A DNA stretch of 64,000 bases from positions 2,624,001-2,688,000 of the forward strand of contig OZ244034.1 in NCBI GenBank assembly GCA_965215185.1. The letters run 5' to 3'. The stretch comes from Acidimicrobiia bacterium. GTDB lineage: Bacteria > Actinomycetota > Acidimicrobiia > Spongiisociales > ZC4RG35. The first letter of the stretch is position 1. The number at the start of each line of letters is the position of its first letter. The translations under genes were made by a program, and so were the position numbers. The notes beneath the pieces are model-generated. The model was not told where the DNA came from and did not search any database. It saw only the letters and a program-made list of their open reading frames with translations. Shown in pieces: positions 49,485 to 59,752 of this stretch.

Positions 49485-50261
49485 TCAGCTGGCGTTTAGT
49501 AGTTGATCTCTCAGCCAGACGATATCCGCTTCCTGGCCTTCCGATGGGGTTTCCACCACTGCCGGGGCGCCAGCCTCGCGGACGACTACTGCCAACAGAT
49601 CGGGCGGGATTTCGCCTTCCTTGAGATTGGCATGACGATCCCTTCTGGAGTCGAATGGATCACGGGAATTGTTGGCATGCACCAAATCGATTCTTCCCGT
49701 CGCAGCCAGGATCCGCTCCACCAGCCCTTCGAGCGGCTCTCCTCCCGCCCAGGCGTGACAGGTGTCGAGCACGAAACCCACGTCCAAGTCGCCGATTTCC
49801 TCCCACAGTCGCCGGATGTCCTCCAGCTTCCGGGCGGCGGCAAAATCTCCTGAGGCAGTGTTTTCGATCAACACCGGCACGTCGGTATCGAGTTGGACGA
49901 GCGCCTTGCGCCAGCGTTTGAAGGCCTCTCCCATGTCGCCTCCACCCGTTACATGTCCGCCGTGAACCACCACCCCCGCTGCCCCGATCTCGGAAGCAGC
50001 CTCGCAGGTATCGGCGAGGATCCGTCTGCTGGGTATCCGTATTCTGCTCACCTTCGCAACCACATTCACCAGGTACGGGCTATGAACATAAATGGGAATT
50101 GAGGAGGCGGCCAATTTTTCGGCATCATCCCGAGGTAGGGGCTTCTTCCAACTTTGCGGGTTGGACAAGAAAACCTGGATCACATCGGCGCCGATCGCTT
50201 CGGCATCGGCCAGAGGTGTCTTGTTGGACAGATGCGCCCCGATCAGCGGAGGGCTAGCCAT
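49485..50261 (-). CDS. nfo: Endonuclease IV
   Basis: IGAH, HSPY, VVHGG, ENTA, DTCH, HANNS, DRH, VETP. Confidence 0.92.
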   Translation of the reverse strand: MASPPLIGAHLSNKTPLADAEAIGADVIQVFLSNPQSWKKPLPRDDAEKLAASSIPIYVHSPYLVNVVAKVSRIRIPSRRILADTCEAASEIGAAGVVVHGGHVTGGGDMGEAFKRWRKALVQLDTDVPVLIENTASGDFAAARKLEDIRRLWEEIGDLDVGFVLDTCHAWAGGEPLEGLVERILAATGRIDLVHANNSRDPFDSRRDRHANLKEGEIPPDLLAVVVREAGAPAVVETPSEGQEADIVWLRDQLLNAS

Positions 50262-50829
50262 TGTTGGTCGCCTCGAGTTGTTCGGACATCATGCTGAGAT
50301 AGTGATTGCTCACCGTGGCCACCACTTCGGCGCGAACTGACCAGTCGGAGGCCAATACCCGCAGGATGCGGCTTCCTGTCCATCTTGCTCCCCACGGGTC
50401 ACGGGGGAGGTCGTTGGTCGAGTAGGTGGGGTGCAGGACAATGGTCAGGCTTGACAAAAGGCTCCCGTCGTCAGACACCGCTTGGGAGAACACCTCTTTG
50501 ATCGCATCCCAGGGTAAGAGGTCGGTAGGGCGAAAAGGGCCCCGCAGCGCAAGATAAAGTCCATTCGGAGCCACGATCAGCATGGCCCGTGCCCGAATTC
50601 CTGAGATCACGCCCCAAATAATCAAGGCAACGCCCATCGCGAGCATGAGCCCCGCCCACACCCGCTCCCGAGCCTCCAAGACTTCTTCTCCTTGGTAGAC
50701 CCTCTCAACAAGTGCGGCCACCAGCCCATTCCAAACCAGCAGATCCAGGGCCACTACAACCAGCACCGCTCCCAACAGGGCGATAAACCAGCTTCGCCGG
50801 GACGAGTTGTGGACGGTGATGGTTTCCAT
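50254..50829 (-). CDS. Hypothetical membrane protein
   Basis: Two TM segments, GAGGAG RBS, overlaps the nfo start. Confidence 0.65.
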   Translation of the reverse strand: METITVHNSSRRSWFIALLGAVLVVVALDLLVWNGLVAALVERVYQGEEVLEARERVWAGLMLAMGVALIIWGVISGIRARAMLIVAPNGLYLALRGPFRPTDLLPWDAIKEVFSQAVSDDGSLLSSLTIVLHPTYSTNDLPRDPWGARWTGSRILRVLASDWSVRAEVVATVSNHYLSMMSEQLEATNNG

Positions 50830-50944
50830 TTTCTCCTCAAGGGGCGATTTACACGATACCGTGCTTTGGGAGAGAAGCTGACGGACCACTCCAAAGTGCA
50901 GATCGCGATTGGCAAGAAAAGACGGATCGGTTAGCTTGAGAGGC

Positions 50945-51625
50945 ATGAAGCTCACTCTCATCCGTCACGCCGAGCCGGCTTGGACACAGGGCGGCCGCAT
51001 GGTAGGCAACCCACCACTCTCTGAGTTGGGCGGACGCCAAGCTCAACAGTTGGCGGAGAGATCTTGGTCCGGGGTGGATGAGCTATGGGTCTCGGAGTTG
51101 AAACGTGCTCGGGAGACTGCCGCCCCCCTGGCGGAGAAGCTCGGTTTGACACCCCAGGTACACCCTTGGATGAATGAGATCGGGGACCCGGTGGAATGGG
51201 ATGGGATGCCCATCCGGCAGGTGGAGGCTCAAATGTCCAAACTGGAGGGGGCGCCTTCTCTCGAAAGGCTGTGGAGAGGCGTGCGGAGGGGAGAGGCGTA
51301 TCACAGCTTCCGGGAGAGAATCGCCGACGGACTGCTCCGGTCACTGGAGGGTTTCGGGGCAACAATGCTGCAACCCGATCAGCCTCGCCTGTGGAAGCCC
51401 GCCGAAAGGAAGTCAATTGTGCTGGTGGCCCACGGCGGAACCAACGCGGTGATCTACGAAACGCTCCTGGGGTGTGCAGCGACACCCATCGCATGGCATA
51501 AGTTCCGCTCCCTCCACACGGCGGTCTCCGTCCTGCGGACCCATCCCCTGGCACATGCGGTGGTTTTTGCTCTAGAGAGATTTGGGGATGTTACTCACCT
51601 GTCGCCCGAGCAGGTGACCCAATAG
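50945..51625 (+). CDS. Histidine phosphatase family
   Basis: LIRHAE, SELKRARET, VAHGG. Confidence 0.9.
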   Translation: MKLTLIRHAEPAWTQGGRMVGNPPLSELGGRQAQQLAERSWSGVDELWVSELKRARETAAPLAEKLGLTPQVHPWMNEIGDPVEWDGMPIRQVEAQMSKLEGAPSLERLWRGVRRGEAYHSFRERIADGLLRSLEGFGATMLQPDQPRLWKPAERKSIVLVAHGGTNAVIYETLLGCAATPIAWHKFRSLHTAVSVLRTHPLAHAVVFALERFGDVTHLSPEQVTQ

Positions 51626-51627
51626 CC

Positions 51628-52410
51628 TCAGCGTCCGTAGCGACGTTGTCGACGGGAAAAGTCCCGCAGCGCCCGTAAGTAGTCGACCCGGCGAAAAGCT
51701 GGCCAGTAGACATCTGCGAATACGAACTCGGCGTAGGCGGACTGCCACAGCAAGAACCCCGACAGTCGGGATTCTCCTGATGTTCGGATCAACAGATCGG
51801 GATCGGGGAGGTCGGCGGTATACATGTGGCGGGCCAGTCCGGTGGCGTCGATCCGGTCCGCCACCTCCATTGGGTCCTTGATGGTGGCACCGAGTTCCGC
51901 CACCAGATTGCGACAAGCATCAACTATCTCTTGGCGGCCCCCATAGCCCATGGCGATGGTCAGATTGCGGTTCTCCTCACTTGGTCCAGTCTGTTCCATG
52001 GCGGTTTTTGCAGCCGTTAGCAACCTGGCGGGCAGTAGATCCAGGCTTCCTATGAATCGCAGCCCCATTCCATGACTCTGGCATCGTTTCGGGATACGTT
52101 CGAAGAAGCGGATCAGTACCTCGTAAATGGGTTCGAGTTCGGCGGGCTGGCGATTGAGGTTGTCTTTCGACAAGGCCCAGGCGGTAATAGCCGGAATCTG
52201 TAGCTCTGCCGACCAGTCGACGAATTGCTCGAACCGGCGCATTCCCTCCCAGTAGCTGTCTTCGTAGGCGGGTAGGCCGCTGCGGCGGGCATAGCGGCGA
52301 TGACCGTCGAGAATCACCCCCACATGCCGGGGAAAGCGGGAGGCGTCCATCTGGGCAAGCAGGCGTCGTTCATAGATGCGGTAAAGGAGGCTGGTGAAGG
52401 GAGCGGGCAT
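51628..52410 (-). CDS. uppS: cis-isoprenyl diphosphate synthase (UppS family)
   Basis: ILDGHRR, YGGRQEI, PDLLIRTSGESRLSGFLLWQ, RRYG; alternative start 52455. Confidence 0.9.
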   Translation of the reverse strand: MPAPFTSLLYRIYERRLLAQMDASRFPRHVGVILDGHRRYARRSGLPAYEDSYWEGMRRFEQFVDWSAELQIPAITAWALSKDNLNRQPAELEPIYEVLIRFFERIPKRCQSHGMGLRFIGSLDLLPARLLTAAKTAMEQTGPSEENRNLTIAMGYGGRQEIVDACRNLVAELGATIKDPMEVADRIDATGLARHMYTADLPDPDLLIRTSGESRLSGFLLWQSAYAEFVFADVYWPAFRRVDYLRALRDFSRRQRRYGR

Positions 52411-52444
52411 ATATGTTTTCGACGAGTTGGTTCGTTCGCCAATC

Positions 52445-53227
52445 CTATCTCGCACCTCGGGGATCCCAGCTGAAGAACCGGGTGGTTATCAACAACCCGA
52501 GCAGCAACCATCCGCCCATTATCGCCAGATTATCCCATCCGAGCACCGGACCGGTATGGAAGGGGTCGAAAGCGGCGCCGAACGGTTCTGCGAAATGTTT
52601 GAGCGGAAAGATGTCTCCGAGGATCACCAGCCACCGGGGGGCGTCCTCTAGCGGGATGAAGATGCCCGAGATGAAGGCCATGGGCAGAAAAACGGCGTTG
52701 GCCACGGCTGGCACGGAATCGCCGCTCTTGACAAGTGCACACACCGACAGTCCCAGCGCTGAAAAGGTGGCCATACCCAGTACGAACGCCAACACGGCCG
52801 AACCGAGATCGTCCCACAACATTACGAAACCGAAGAGAGCCCAGCCCACCCCGAACATAAGCACCACCGAGAGCACCGCGATCCATACCCCTGATCCGAT
52901 TCGCCCCGCCATATATATCCAAGCTGGAAGGGGGGTGCCCCGCACCCGTTTGAGGATGCCCTGGTCGCGGGCCAGAGCCGTGCCGATCGAAAGGCTGGTA
53001 AAAGTGGCTGACACCGCTGAGAACACGGCCATCGCCGGAGCGAAGAACTGAGAAAAGCGGTACCCGTCGGTCACTTCTTCGCTTCCAAAGATCACGCTGA
53101 ACAGCACCAAGAAAAACACCGGGAGCGCCATCGTAAAGAAGGCGGCCACCGGCGTCCTCCAAAATGTGCGAGTCTGGCTTCGTATTTGCTGCCAAAGAAG
53201 GAGAAGGTCGGCTTGTGCGCCTTTCAC
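52445..53227 (-). CDS. ABC-2 exporter permease
   Basis: FWRTP, RDQGILKRVRGTP, FISGIF. Confidence 0.88.
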   Translation of the reverse strand: MKGAQADLLLLWQQIRSQTRTFWRTPVAAFFTMALPVFFLVLFSVIFGSEEVTDGYRFSQFFAPAMAVFSAVSATFTSLSIGTALARDQGILKRVRGTPLPAWIYMAGRIGSGVWIAVLSVVLMFGVGWALFGFVMLWDDLGSAVLAFVLGMATFSALGLSVCALVKSGDSVPAVANAVFLPMAFISGIFIPLEDAPRWLVILGDIFPLKHFAEPFGAAFDPFHTGPVLGWDNLAIMGGWLLLGLLITTRFFSWDPRGAR

Positions 53228-54135
53228 GATGTCCGTCCTTGGTGACTTGCTTCATCCATGATTTGCAGGTAGATGTCTTCCAGGCTGGGCCTTGTCACCT
53301 CAAGGCCGGCCAGTTGCACTCCACGGCGGGTGGCCCACCCAGTCAGGGCGTACAGGTCGGCGGTCGGATCGGTGCTTCGGTAGACCACCTTGTTGTCGAT
53401 CAACGCGGGGCCCTCTCCGATGGTGGGCAGGTCGGTTGGGTCGGGGACGGTGAAGTGGATGGTGGTGACGGGTTGGGCTGCGCCTAAAGTCTCGGGCGTG
53501 CCTTCGGCCACGACTCTTCCCTCGTTCAAAACCACTATCCGATCGGCAAGATGCTGGGCCTCGTCGAGATAGTGGGTAGTCAAGAGGATGGTTTTACCCA
53601 AGGCGGTGAGTCCCTCCACCAACTCCCATGATTTGCGGCGGGCGGCCGGGTCGAACCCGGTGGTGGGCTCATCGAGAAAAACCAGATCGGGATCGCCCAC
53701 CAGGCCCAAAGCCAGATCTAGGCGGCGACGCTGGCCACCTGACAGGGTCTTGACGCGGGAGTTCGCCTTCTCCTCCAGCCCGACCAGAGCGATCAACTCC
53801 TCTGAGGGGCGGCGGCCGGAGTAGGACGCTCCGTACAAATCGAGCACCTCCCGCACGGTCAGCACCAACTCGATGCCGGTCTCTTGGAGTACGATGCCGA
53901 TCCGATCGCGGAAAGCCCTTCCTCCGGTAGCCGGATGAAAGCCCAGGACATCGATATCGCCGCCGTCCGCCTCTCGATAACCCTCCAGAATCTCCACTGC
54001 GGTGGTTTTCCCGGCTCCGTTGGGACCCAGTAGCGCCAACACCTCGCCTTCGGCGACCGTGAAGCTGGTACTGTCGAGGGCGGTCACGTCACCATAGCGC
54101 TTCACAAGATTGCGGACGGTTATGGCGGTGGACAC
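53224..54135 (-). CDS. ABC-2 exporter ATP-binding protein
   Basis: GPNGAGKTT, LSGGQ, DEPTTG, PSLEDIY. Confidence 0.93.
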   Translation of the reverse strand: MSTAITVRNLVKRYGDVTALDSTSFTVAEGEVLALLGPNGAGKTTAVEILEGYREADGGDIDVLGFHPATGGRAFRDRIGIVLQETGIELVLTVREVLDLYGASYSGRRPSEELIALVGLEEKANSRVKTLSGGQRRRLDLALGLVGDPDLVFLDEPTTGFDPAARRKSWELVEGLTALGKTILLTTHYLDEAQHLADRIVVLNEGRVVAEGTPETLGAAQPVTTIHFTVPDPTDLPTIGEGPALIDNKVVYRSTDPTADLYALTGWATRRGVQLAGLEVTRPSLEDIYLQIMDEASHQGRTS

Positions 54136-54454
54136 CAGAAAAAGGATAACCCTGGGCGCGGAGGGCTCTTCCAGGGGATTCTGACAAAACCCAACGTGTT
54201 AGTGGTTGACTTCTGTCCCACCCCCGTCACATATTGGACATCAGCTACAAAAACCTCGGCCACGGTAATGAGCTCACCGGGCCACAAATCCCTGAGATCA
54301 TCTCCGAATCCTTGTCCCTGACCGGACCTGGATTCTCGCGACCTCAAGTCGGCGGCGGTGGCGGGGGAGGGAGCCCGAACAGGAGAAACATGACCCCACT
54401 TTTCACAACCTAGCGTTGCATCCATCCCGGAGCCCAGGATGTGTTCCGGCCTTT

Positions 54455-56305
54455 TCAGGGAGTCTTCACTGAGCTTGAACGGCTATTCGGCTGCCGCTGC
54501 GATGAGCGGCCTACCGCCGGGTGTGCCCCTGCAAGGAGTGGGATCGGCATGGGAACCAGCTTGGCCCGCAGATACTCGCCCAAGCTTTTGGCTTGGGGGT
54601 CGGTCCGGGTGTTGGAGGACACGCCTTCTCCCAGGAGTCCCCGCACCACGAAATTGATGGCGTGGAGGTTGGGCAGCGGATGGCGCTCCACCTCCAGATC
54701 GGCGGCCTCGGAGAGCAGTTCCTTAAACCGGGCCACAGACAGGAATCCGAGCATCCATGTGAACGCTTCCTCGCTCTCGGTCCACACCCCGACATTGGCG
54801 TCTCCACCTTTGTCGCCCGAGCGCGCCCCAGCTATCTCACCCAAGGGCGCCATCGCCGTTTCGGCGTCCTTCCAGCGATCGGGTCCCGTCTCCAACGGGT
54901 CAGTGGACTCACCAACCCCCGGATCAACGTCGACCTGATCGTTCTCACCCACCGCCGGTGCCCTGAGGGCGGGGATCTCGCTTTCCCTGTCTCCCATGCA
55001 AACCTTCTGGACCACTTGGGAGGCGTCCACTGTGGTCGGCCAGTAAACGGCGTATGGGGAGGAGTCCCCGGGTGGGGCCGTCATGAAGAACCCGGGATAG
55101 TGAGCCAGCGCCAATTCCACCGCCGCCCGGGAGAACCGCTTTCCCACCTTGTCGGGATCCTGGTCTTTCACAGTTATCCGAAGCTGCGACATGGCCGCCT
55201 CGTTGGTGACCGGATCGGGATGACCGGTCTCGGTAAAGGAGACGGCCGCCTCGGCGAACTGATCAGGGCCTCCCAGACTCTCCCATAGGGCATCGGTAAC
55301 CAACTCCGCCTTTCGATTAGCGTCTAAGCCGGTGATCATCATGGTCACCGAGTTGCGGTAGCCCCCCAGATAGTTGAGGGCGACTTTCAGGGTGGAGGGC
55401 GGGGGCTCTCCCCGAACTCCGGTTACCCCCACCCGATCGGGCCCGTCCTGGATCAGCCGGATGGTGTCCAAACGGGCGGTCACATCGGGATTGTGATACC
55501 GCGCTCCACCCACCTCATACAGAAGCTGAGCAGTGACAGTGCCCACCGACACCAACCCACCGGTTCCCGGATGCTTGGTGATCACGGCCGACCCGTCTTC
55601 GGAAAGTTCGGCGATCGGAAATCCCACCCGTTCCAATCCTGGGACCCGGTCGAAGAAGGAGTAGTTGCCCCCGGTGCACTGGGCGCCACATTCGATGATG
55701 TGCCCGGCCACCAAAGCTCCCGCCAGTTGGTGGTAATCCTCCGCTCTCCAGTCAAAGGCCCACATTCCGGGTCCGATGACCACTGCCGCGTCTGTCACCC
55801 GTCCGGTTACCACCACGTCCGCCCCCCAAGAGAGGGCCTCGGCGATACCCGCTCCGCCCAGGTAGGCATTGGCGGTCAGGGGCATGACTCCTGATGGAAA
55901 GGGCCGCCCGGAATCAAAATGACGCAGTTTGTTGACCTCCTGCAATTCGGAGACTCGCCCGGTTAGGTCATCGCCCGAAACCCAGGCGATGCGGGGTTTA
56001 AGGCCCAGACGATCTGCCATCTCCCCCAGCCGCTCGGCCATTCCTTGCGGGTTCAGGCCACCGGCGTTGGACACCACCTTGATCCCCCGGTCCAGGCAGG
56101 TTCCCAGCACCTGTTCCATCTGGGTTAGAAAGGTACGAACATACCCGCCCTTGGGGTCGCGGCGACGCAGACGCCAGAGAATCGCCATGGTCAACTCGGC
56201 CAGGTAGTCCCCGGTCAGGACATCGATTGGTCCTCCCTCCACCATCTCCCGAGCCGCTGCCAGCCGGTCTCCATAAAAGCCCGAGCAGTTGGCGATGCGC
56301 AACAT
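54455..56305 (-). CDS. Acyclic terpene utilisation AtuA family protein
   Basis: RIANCSGFYGDR, DYLAELTM, GHIIECGAQCTGGNY, ARSGDKGG. Confidence 0.9.
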   Translation of the reverse strand: MLRIANCSGFYGDRLAAAREMVEGGPIDVLTGDYLAELTMAILWRLRRRDPKGGYVRTFLTQMEQVLGTCLDRGIKVVSNAGGLNPQGMAERLGEMADRLGLKPRIAWVSGDDLTGRVSELQEVNKLRHFDSGRPFPSGVMPLTANAYLGGAGIAEALSWGADVVVTGRVTDAAVVIGPGMWAFDWRAEDYHQLAGALVAGHIIECGAQCTGGNYSFFDRVPGLERVGFPIAELSEDGSAVITKHPGTGGLVSVGTVTAQLLYEVGGARYHNPDVTARLDTIRLIQDGPDRVGVTGVRGEPPPSTLKVALNYLGGYRNSVTMMITGLDANRKAELVTDALWESLGGPDQFAEAAVSFTETGHPDPVTNEAAMSQLRITVKDQDPDKVGKRFSRAAVELALAHYPGFFMTAPPGDSSPYAVYWPTTVDASQVVQKVCMGDRESEIPALRAPAVGENDQVDVDPGVGESTDPLETGPDRWKDAETAMAPLGEIAGARSGDKGGDANVGVWTESEEAFTWMLGFLSVARFKELLSEAADLEVERHPLPNLHAINFVVRGLLGEGVSSNTRTDPQAKSLGEYLRAKLVPMPIPLLAGAHPAVGRSSQRQPNSRSSSVKTP

Positions 56306-56319
56306 TTTCGTTTTGCCTT

Positions 56320-57771
56320 TCACGCCAACTCCCGGCTGTGTCGAGGGCTTTGCCGGCACAGGTTTTCCACCTCGTCGGGAGCCCTGGGCAAACCTGCGGT
56401 GAGATTCTCATATCCCTCGGAGGTGATCACCACGTCATCTTCGATTCTCACTCCGATGCCCAAGAGCTCGGGGGGAATGGCATGTTTGACTTTGGGAGCC
56501 TCCTCCCGCAGCTTCTGGTGACGTGCGGCGGCGGAGGGGTCCAGCATCCGCTCTGTGGCCCATTGATCGGAATCGTATTCCAGCCGGGCGAATTCAATCT
56601 CGGGGCGGGCAGGGTCCACATACAGGCCGGGTTCAACGGTCAGCACCATGCCCGGTTCCAGAGTCCTATGAGCGCCTTGGGTCCGGTAGGCGCCCACATC
56701 GTGGACATCCATCCCCAGCCAGTGGGAAGTTCCGTGCATGAAGAACTCCGAATACAGGTGCATATTCATCGCCTCTTCGACACCGGTTGGCAGCAGTCCC
56801 ATCTCCACCATCCCCTCCACCAGCACACCCAGAGCCGCCTCGTGTGGCGAGCGGATGTGGGCGCCCGGTTGACAGGAGGCGATTGCTTTGTCCTGAGCCT
56901 TCAGCACCACCTCGTAGACACGGCGTTGCGGGCCGGTGTATGAGCCGGATACCGGGAAGGTGCGGGTGATGTCAGAAGTGAAGTGGTGGAGTTCACAGGC
57001 CGCGTCCACCAGCAGCAGGTCACCTTCTTCCATCCGCCGGTTGTTGTCGACATAGTGGAGTATGCAGGCGTTGGGTCCAGAGGCGACGATGGGCGGGTAT
57101 CCCTCGCGGGGAGACCCGCCCATCCGCCACACGTGTTCCATGGCGGCCTGGACCTGGTATTCCCATCGGCCGGGGCCCGCGATCCGCATAGCCTCCCGGT
57201 GGCCTTCCATAGTCAACTCACAGGCCTCCCGCAGCCACTGGATCTCCTGGGCAGATTTGCGCAGACGAAGCTCGGATAGAAGCGGACGCAGGTCGGAGAG
57301 ATGGCGGGGGAGTTTCACCCCTAGTCGGGTGTGCAGGGCGTCGGTCTTTTCCAGCAGGTTCATGACCTGTGTTGGTCGGGCGGCCGCCGCCAGGGAAACC
57401 CAAATAACCGACCGGCCCTGCGCCAGCCTCAGCAGCCGGTCATCGAACTCGGCAACGGGATAGGCGGCATCGGCGCCGTAAGACTCTTTTGCGCCTTCCA
57501 CTCCGGCCCGAGGACCGTCCCAGATCTCTCTCTGGCGGTCTTTTGGCTGGACGAACAGCGTGAATTCCCCCTCCGGGTGTTCGGGGGCGAGTACCGCCGC
57601 GGCATGAGGTTCGGCGAATCCGGTGAGAAAAAAGAAGTCGGAATCCTGACGAAAGAGGTTTTCGACGTCGGGGTTACGGAGACTGGGAACGGCGGCCATT
57701 ACCACCGCCAAACCCTCGGGGCCGACTAATTCGGAAAGTCGCTTCCGGTTATGGGCGAAAGGGTTGTCCAT
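56320..57771 (-). CDS. pepP: Xaa-Pro aminopeptidase
   Basis: FRQDSDF, SDITRT, HGTSHWLGMDVHD, TVEPG, GVRIEDD. Confidence 0.93.
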   Translation of the reverse strand: MDNPFAHNRKRLSELVGPEGLAVVMAAVPSLRNPDVENLFRQDSDFFFLTGFAEPHAAAVLAPEHPEGEFTLFVQPKDRQREIWDGPRAGVEGAKESYGADAAYPVAEFDDRLLRLAQGRSVIWVSLAAAARPTQVMNLLEKTDALHTRLGVKLPRHLSDLRPLLSELRLRKSAQEIQWLREACELTMEGHREAMRIAGPGRWEYQVQAAMEHVWRMGGSPREGYPPIVASGPNACILHYVDNNRRMEEGDLLLVDAACELHHFTSDITRTFPVSGSYTGPQRRVYEVVLKAQDKAIASCQPGAHIRSPHEAALGVLVEGMVEMGLLPTGVEEAMNMHLYSEFFMHGTSHWLGMDVHDVGAYRTQGAHRTLEPGMVLTVEPGLYVDPARPEIEFARLEYDSDQWATERMLDPSAAARHQKLREEAPKVKHAIPPELLGIGVRIEDDVVITSEGYENLTAGLPRAPDEVENLCRQSPRHSRELA

Positions 57772-57847
57772 CTCAAGTCCTTTGGTTCCACAAGGTGACC
57801 CTGAAAAGGATAAGGGCGATCAGTACCAGGTGTACCTCCCCGACGAG

Positions 57848-58789
57848 TCAGCCGGTTGGGGAAACGACAGCCAGGTCTACAACCAGTGGGAAGTGATCCG
57901 ACCCAACGTCGGGTCCCAGCCACCTGTCCGCAACCACGAAATCCGAGGAATGGAGTAAATGATCAATGGGAACCCGGGTGAGGAAGTTGCCATTCACAGG
58001 AAAACTTGCGGCCAGACCGAAACCGCGCTGTGAATTTCGAAGCCCGACATCGGCAAGGGCCGCGAAAACATGAGACCAGGGAGTGGCGTTGAAGTCCCCG
58101 GCCACCACGGTGGGTCCCACCGAACCCCGGGCCCAATTGGTAACAAAGCCGAATTGGGCGTCTCGCAGCGCTGCACGACGCCCGTTGGTCGGAGCCAGGG
58201 GATGGATTCCGAGCAATGTCACCTCCGTTTCGCCCAGGCTCACCACCACCTCCATCGCTCGGGCTTCCCGCTCGGCCCATCCGTGGCTGATCACCCGGGA
58301 AGGCGGCTGTTTGGTCAACGCCAGAGTGGAGAAAATCAAGCGGTCGGGACGGGAGCGATATTGCTGATAGTGAAGCCGCCCGTCTTCAAAAGCTTCTGCC
58401 AGTGCCTCTTCCCAGAGTCGGCTGGCTTCATGAACGAACACCACATCCGCGTCTGCATTTCCTAGGAATTCCACTGCCTTCTCGTATTCCTGATTCTGTC
58501 CTTGAATATTGATCGAAACCACCCGCAGACGGGGCGCATCCGGCGGAACGTCCTGCCTTCCCCAAAACAGGGGAGCCACAAACGCCAGATTCACCAGTCC
58601 CATAATCAGAGTCGCCCATCCCAGGCGCCGCCACTTCCTTAACAGCAACACCGCAGCGGCCAGCAGCAGACCCACCGCATATTGAGGGCGAAAGCTGGCC
58701 GCCAAATCCAGCGGCCAGACCCACCCACCGAGGAACCCACCGAGGCTGACCACGCCGATCAGCAAAGCGGGGATTGCTACCAGGATCAA
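57848..58789 (-). CDS. Membrane-anchored endonuclease/exonuclease/phosphatase family protein
   Basis: N-terminal TMs, GDFNATP, IDH, GSDH. Confidence 0.88.
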   Translation of the reverse strand: MILVAIPALLIGVVSLGGFLGGWVWPLDLAASFRPQYAVGLLLAAAVLLLRKWRRLGWATLIMGLVNLAFVAPLFWGRQDVPPDAPRLRVVSINIQGQNQEYEKAVEFLGNADADVVFVHEASRLWEEALAEAFEDGRLHYQQYRSRPDRLIFSTLALTKQPPSRVISHGWAEREARAMEVVVSLGETEVTLLGIHPLAPTNGRRAALRDAQFGFVTNWARGSVGPTVVAGDFNATPWSHVFAALADVGLRNSQRGFGLAASFPVNGNFLTRVPIDHLLHSSDFVVADRWLGPDVGSDHFPLVVDLAVVSPTG

Positions 58790-58901
58790 TTCCGCGAAAC
58801 CCTACATCCTCCCGGGCGGATCCCCCAGCCATGGGTTCTTGCAAGAGCGCTCACTACCACTTTGATTGACACCTACGGTGCGACCGGACATGGAGGACGG
58901 G

Positions 58902-59633
58902 TCACCAAAGGGGAAGACGCCGCTCCGCTTGTCGGAGGCGTTGGCGGCGGTCTTTGACGTCAGGTATCACGAAGGAAACCAGGTCCCAGAAATGGGAGGA
59001 GTGGTTCATGGCGATTAGATGGGTGAGTTCGTGCACCACCAGGTAGTCGATCAGTTCAGGGTCGAGCATCATGGCCTGCCAGTTGAAGCGCAAAGTCCCG
59101 TCACGGGCACAACTCGCCCAGCGCCGACGTTGGTCTCGAATCAGAATCCGAGGCTCGGTGTTGCATGCCACGAACGGCAGCCAGTACTCGACACGTTCGG
59201 GCAGATACTCGGCCGCTCGTTCGCGATACCACTCTATAAAGGAGTTGCGGATCAACTCCCTGCGCTCTTCCTCAGAGAATCCCGGAGGTGCGTCGAACAA
59301 GAAGCGCCCGTTGTCGAAACGGACCCATGGTCTTGAGAACTGATCAGTGCTCACGGTTATCTGAACTTCCACACCGAGATACGGCATCGTTTCCCCGCTT
59401 ATGAACTGTTTGGGTGCGGGCCTGTTCTTCAGAACTTCGCGCCGGTCCAGGATCCATCGTGCCTGTTTGCGAATCAGCTGCTCCACTTCGCGGTCAGAAG
59501 TATCAGCCGGGGCGAGCACCCGTACGTTTTCGAGGCTCACCTGGGTCTGAATGGTTTTCTTGCGTCGCTGGCTGCGAACCACCACGTAAGTGATGGTTGT
59601 ATCTCCGAATTGGACGTTGCCCTTGTGGTTCAT
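58902..59633 (-). CDS. YgjP/M48-like (DUF45) metallohydrolase
   Basis: RRWASC, VHELTH..NHSSHFW. Confidence 0.88.
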   Translation of the reverse strand: MNHKGNVQFGDTTITYVVVRSQRRKKTIQTQVSLENVRVLAPADTSDREVEQLIRKQARWILDRREVLKNRPAPKQFISGETMPYLGVEVQITVSTDQFSRPWVRFDNGRFLFDAPPGFSEEERRELIRNSFIEWYRERAAEYLPERVEYWLPFVACNTEPRILIRDQRRRWASCARDGTLRFNWQAMMLDPELIDYLVVHELTHLIAMNHSSHFWDLVSFVIPDVKDRRQRLRQAERRLPLW

Positions 59634-59752
59634 TGGTCCTCCCTTCAGACCACTCCAACGATTTGAGGGGTCAGTCTGTATGTTGTTGTCTCCGCAAAAC
59701 GGTAAGTTGCCCACCCGTCTTTCCTTCCCTATGCAGGAGCCGGGTTGTTGCT

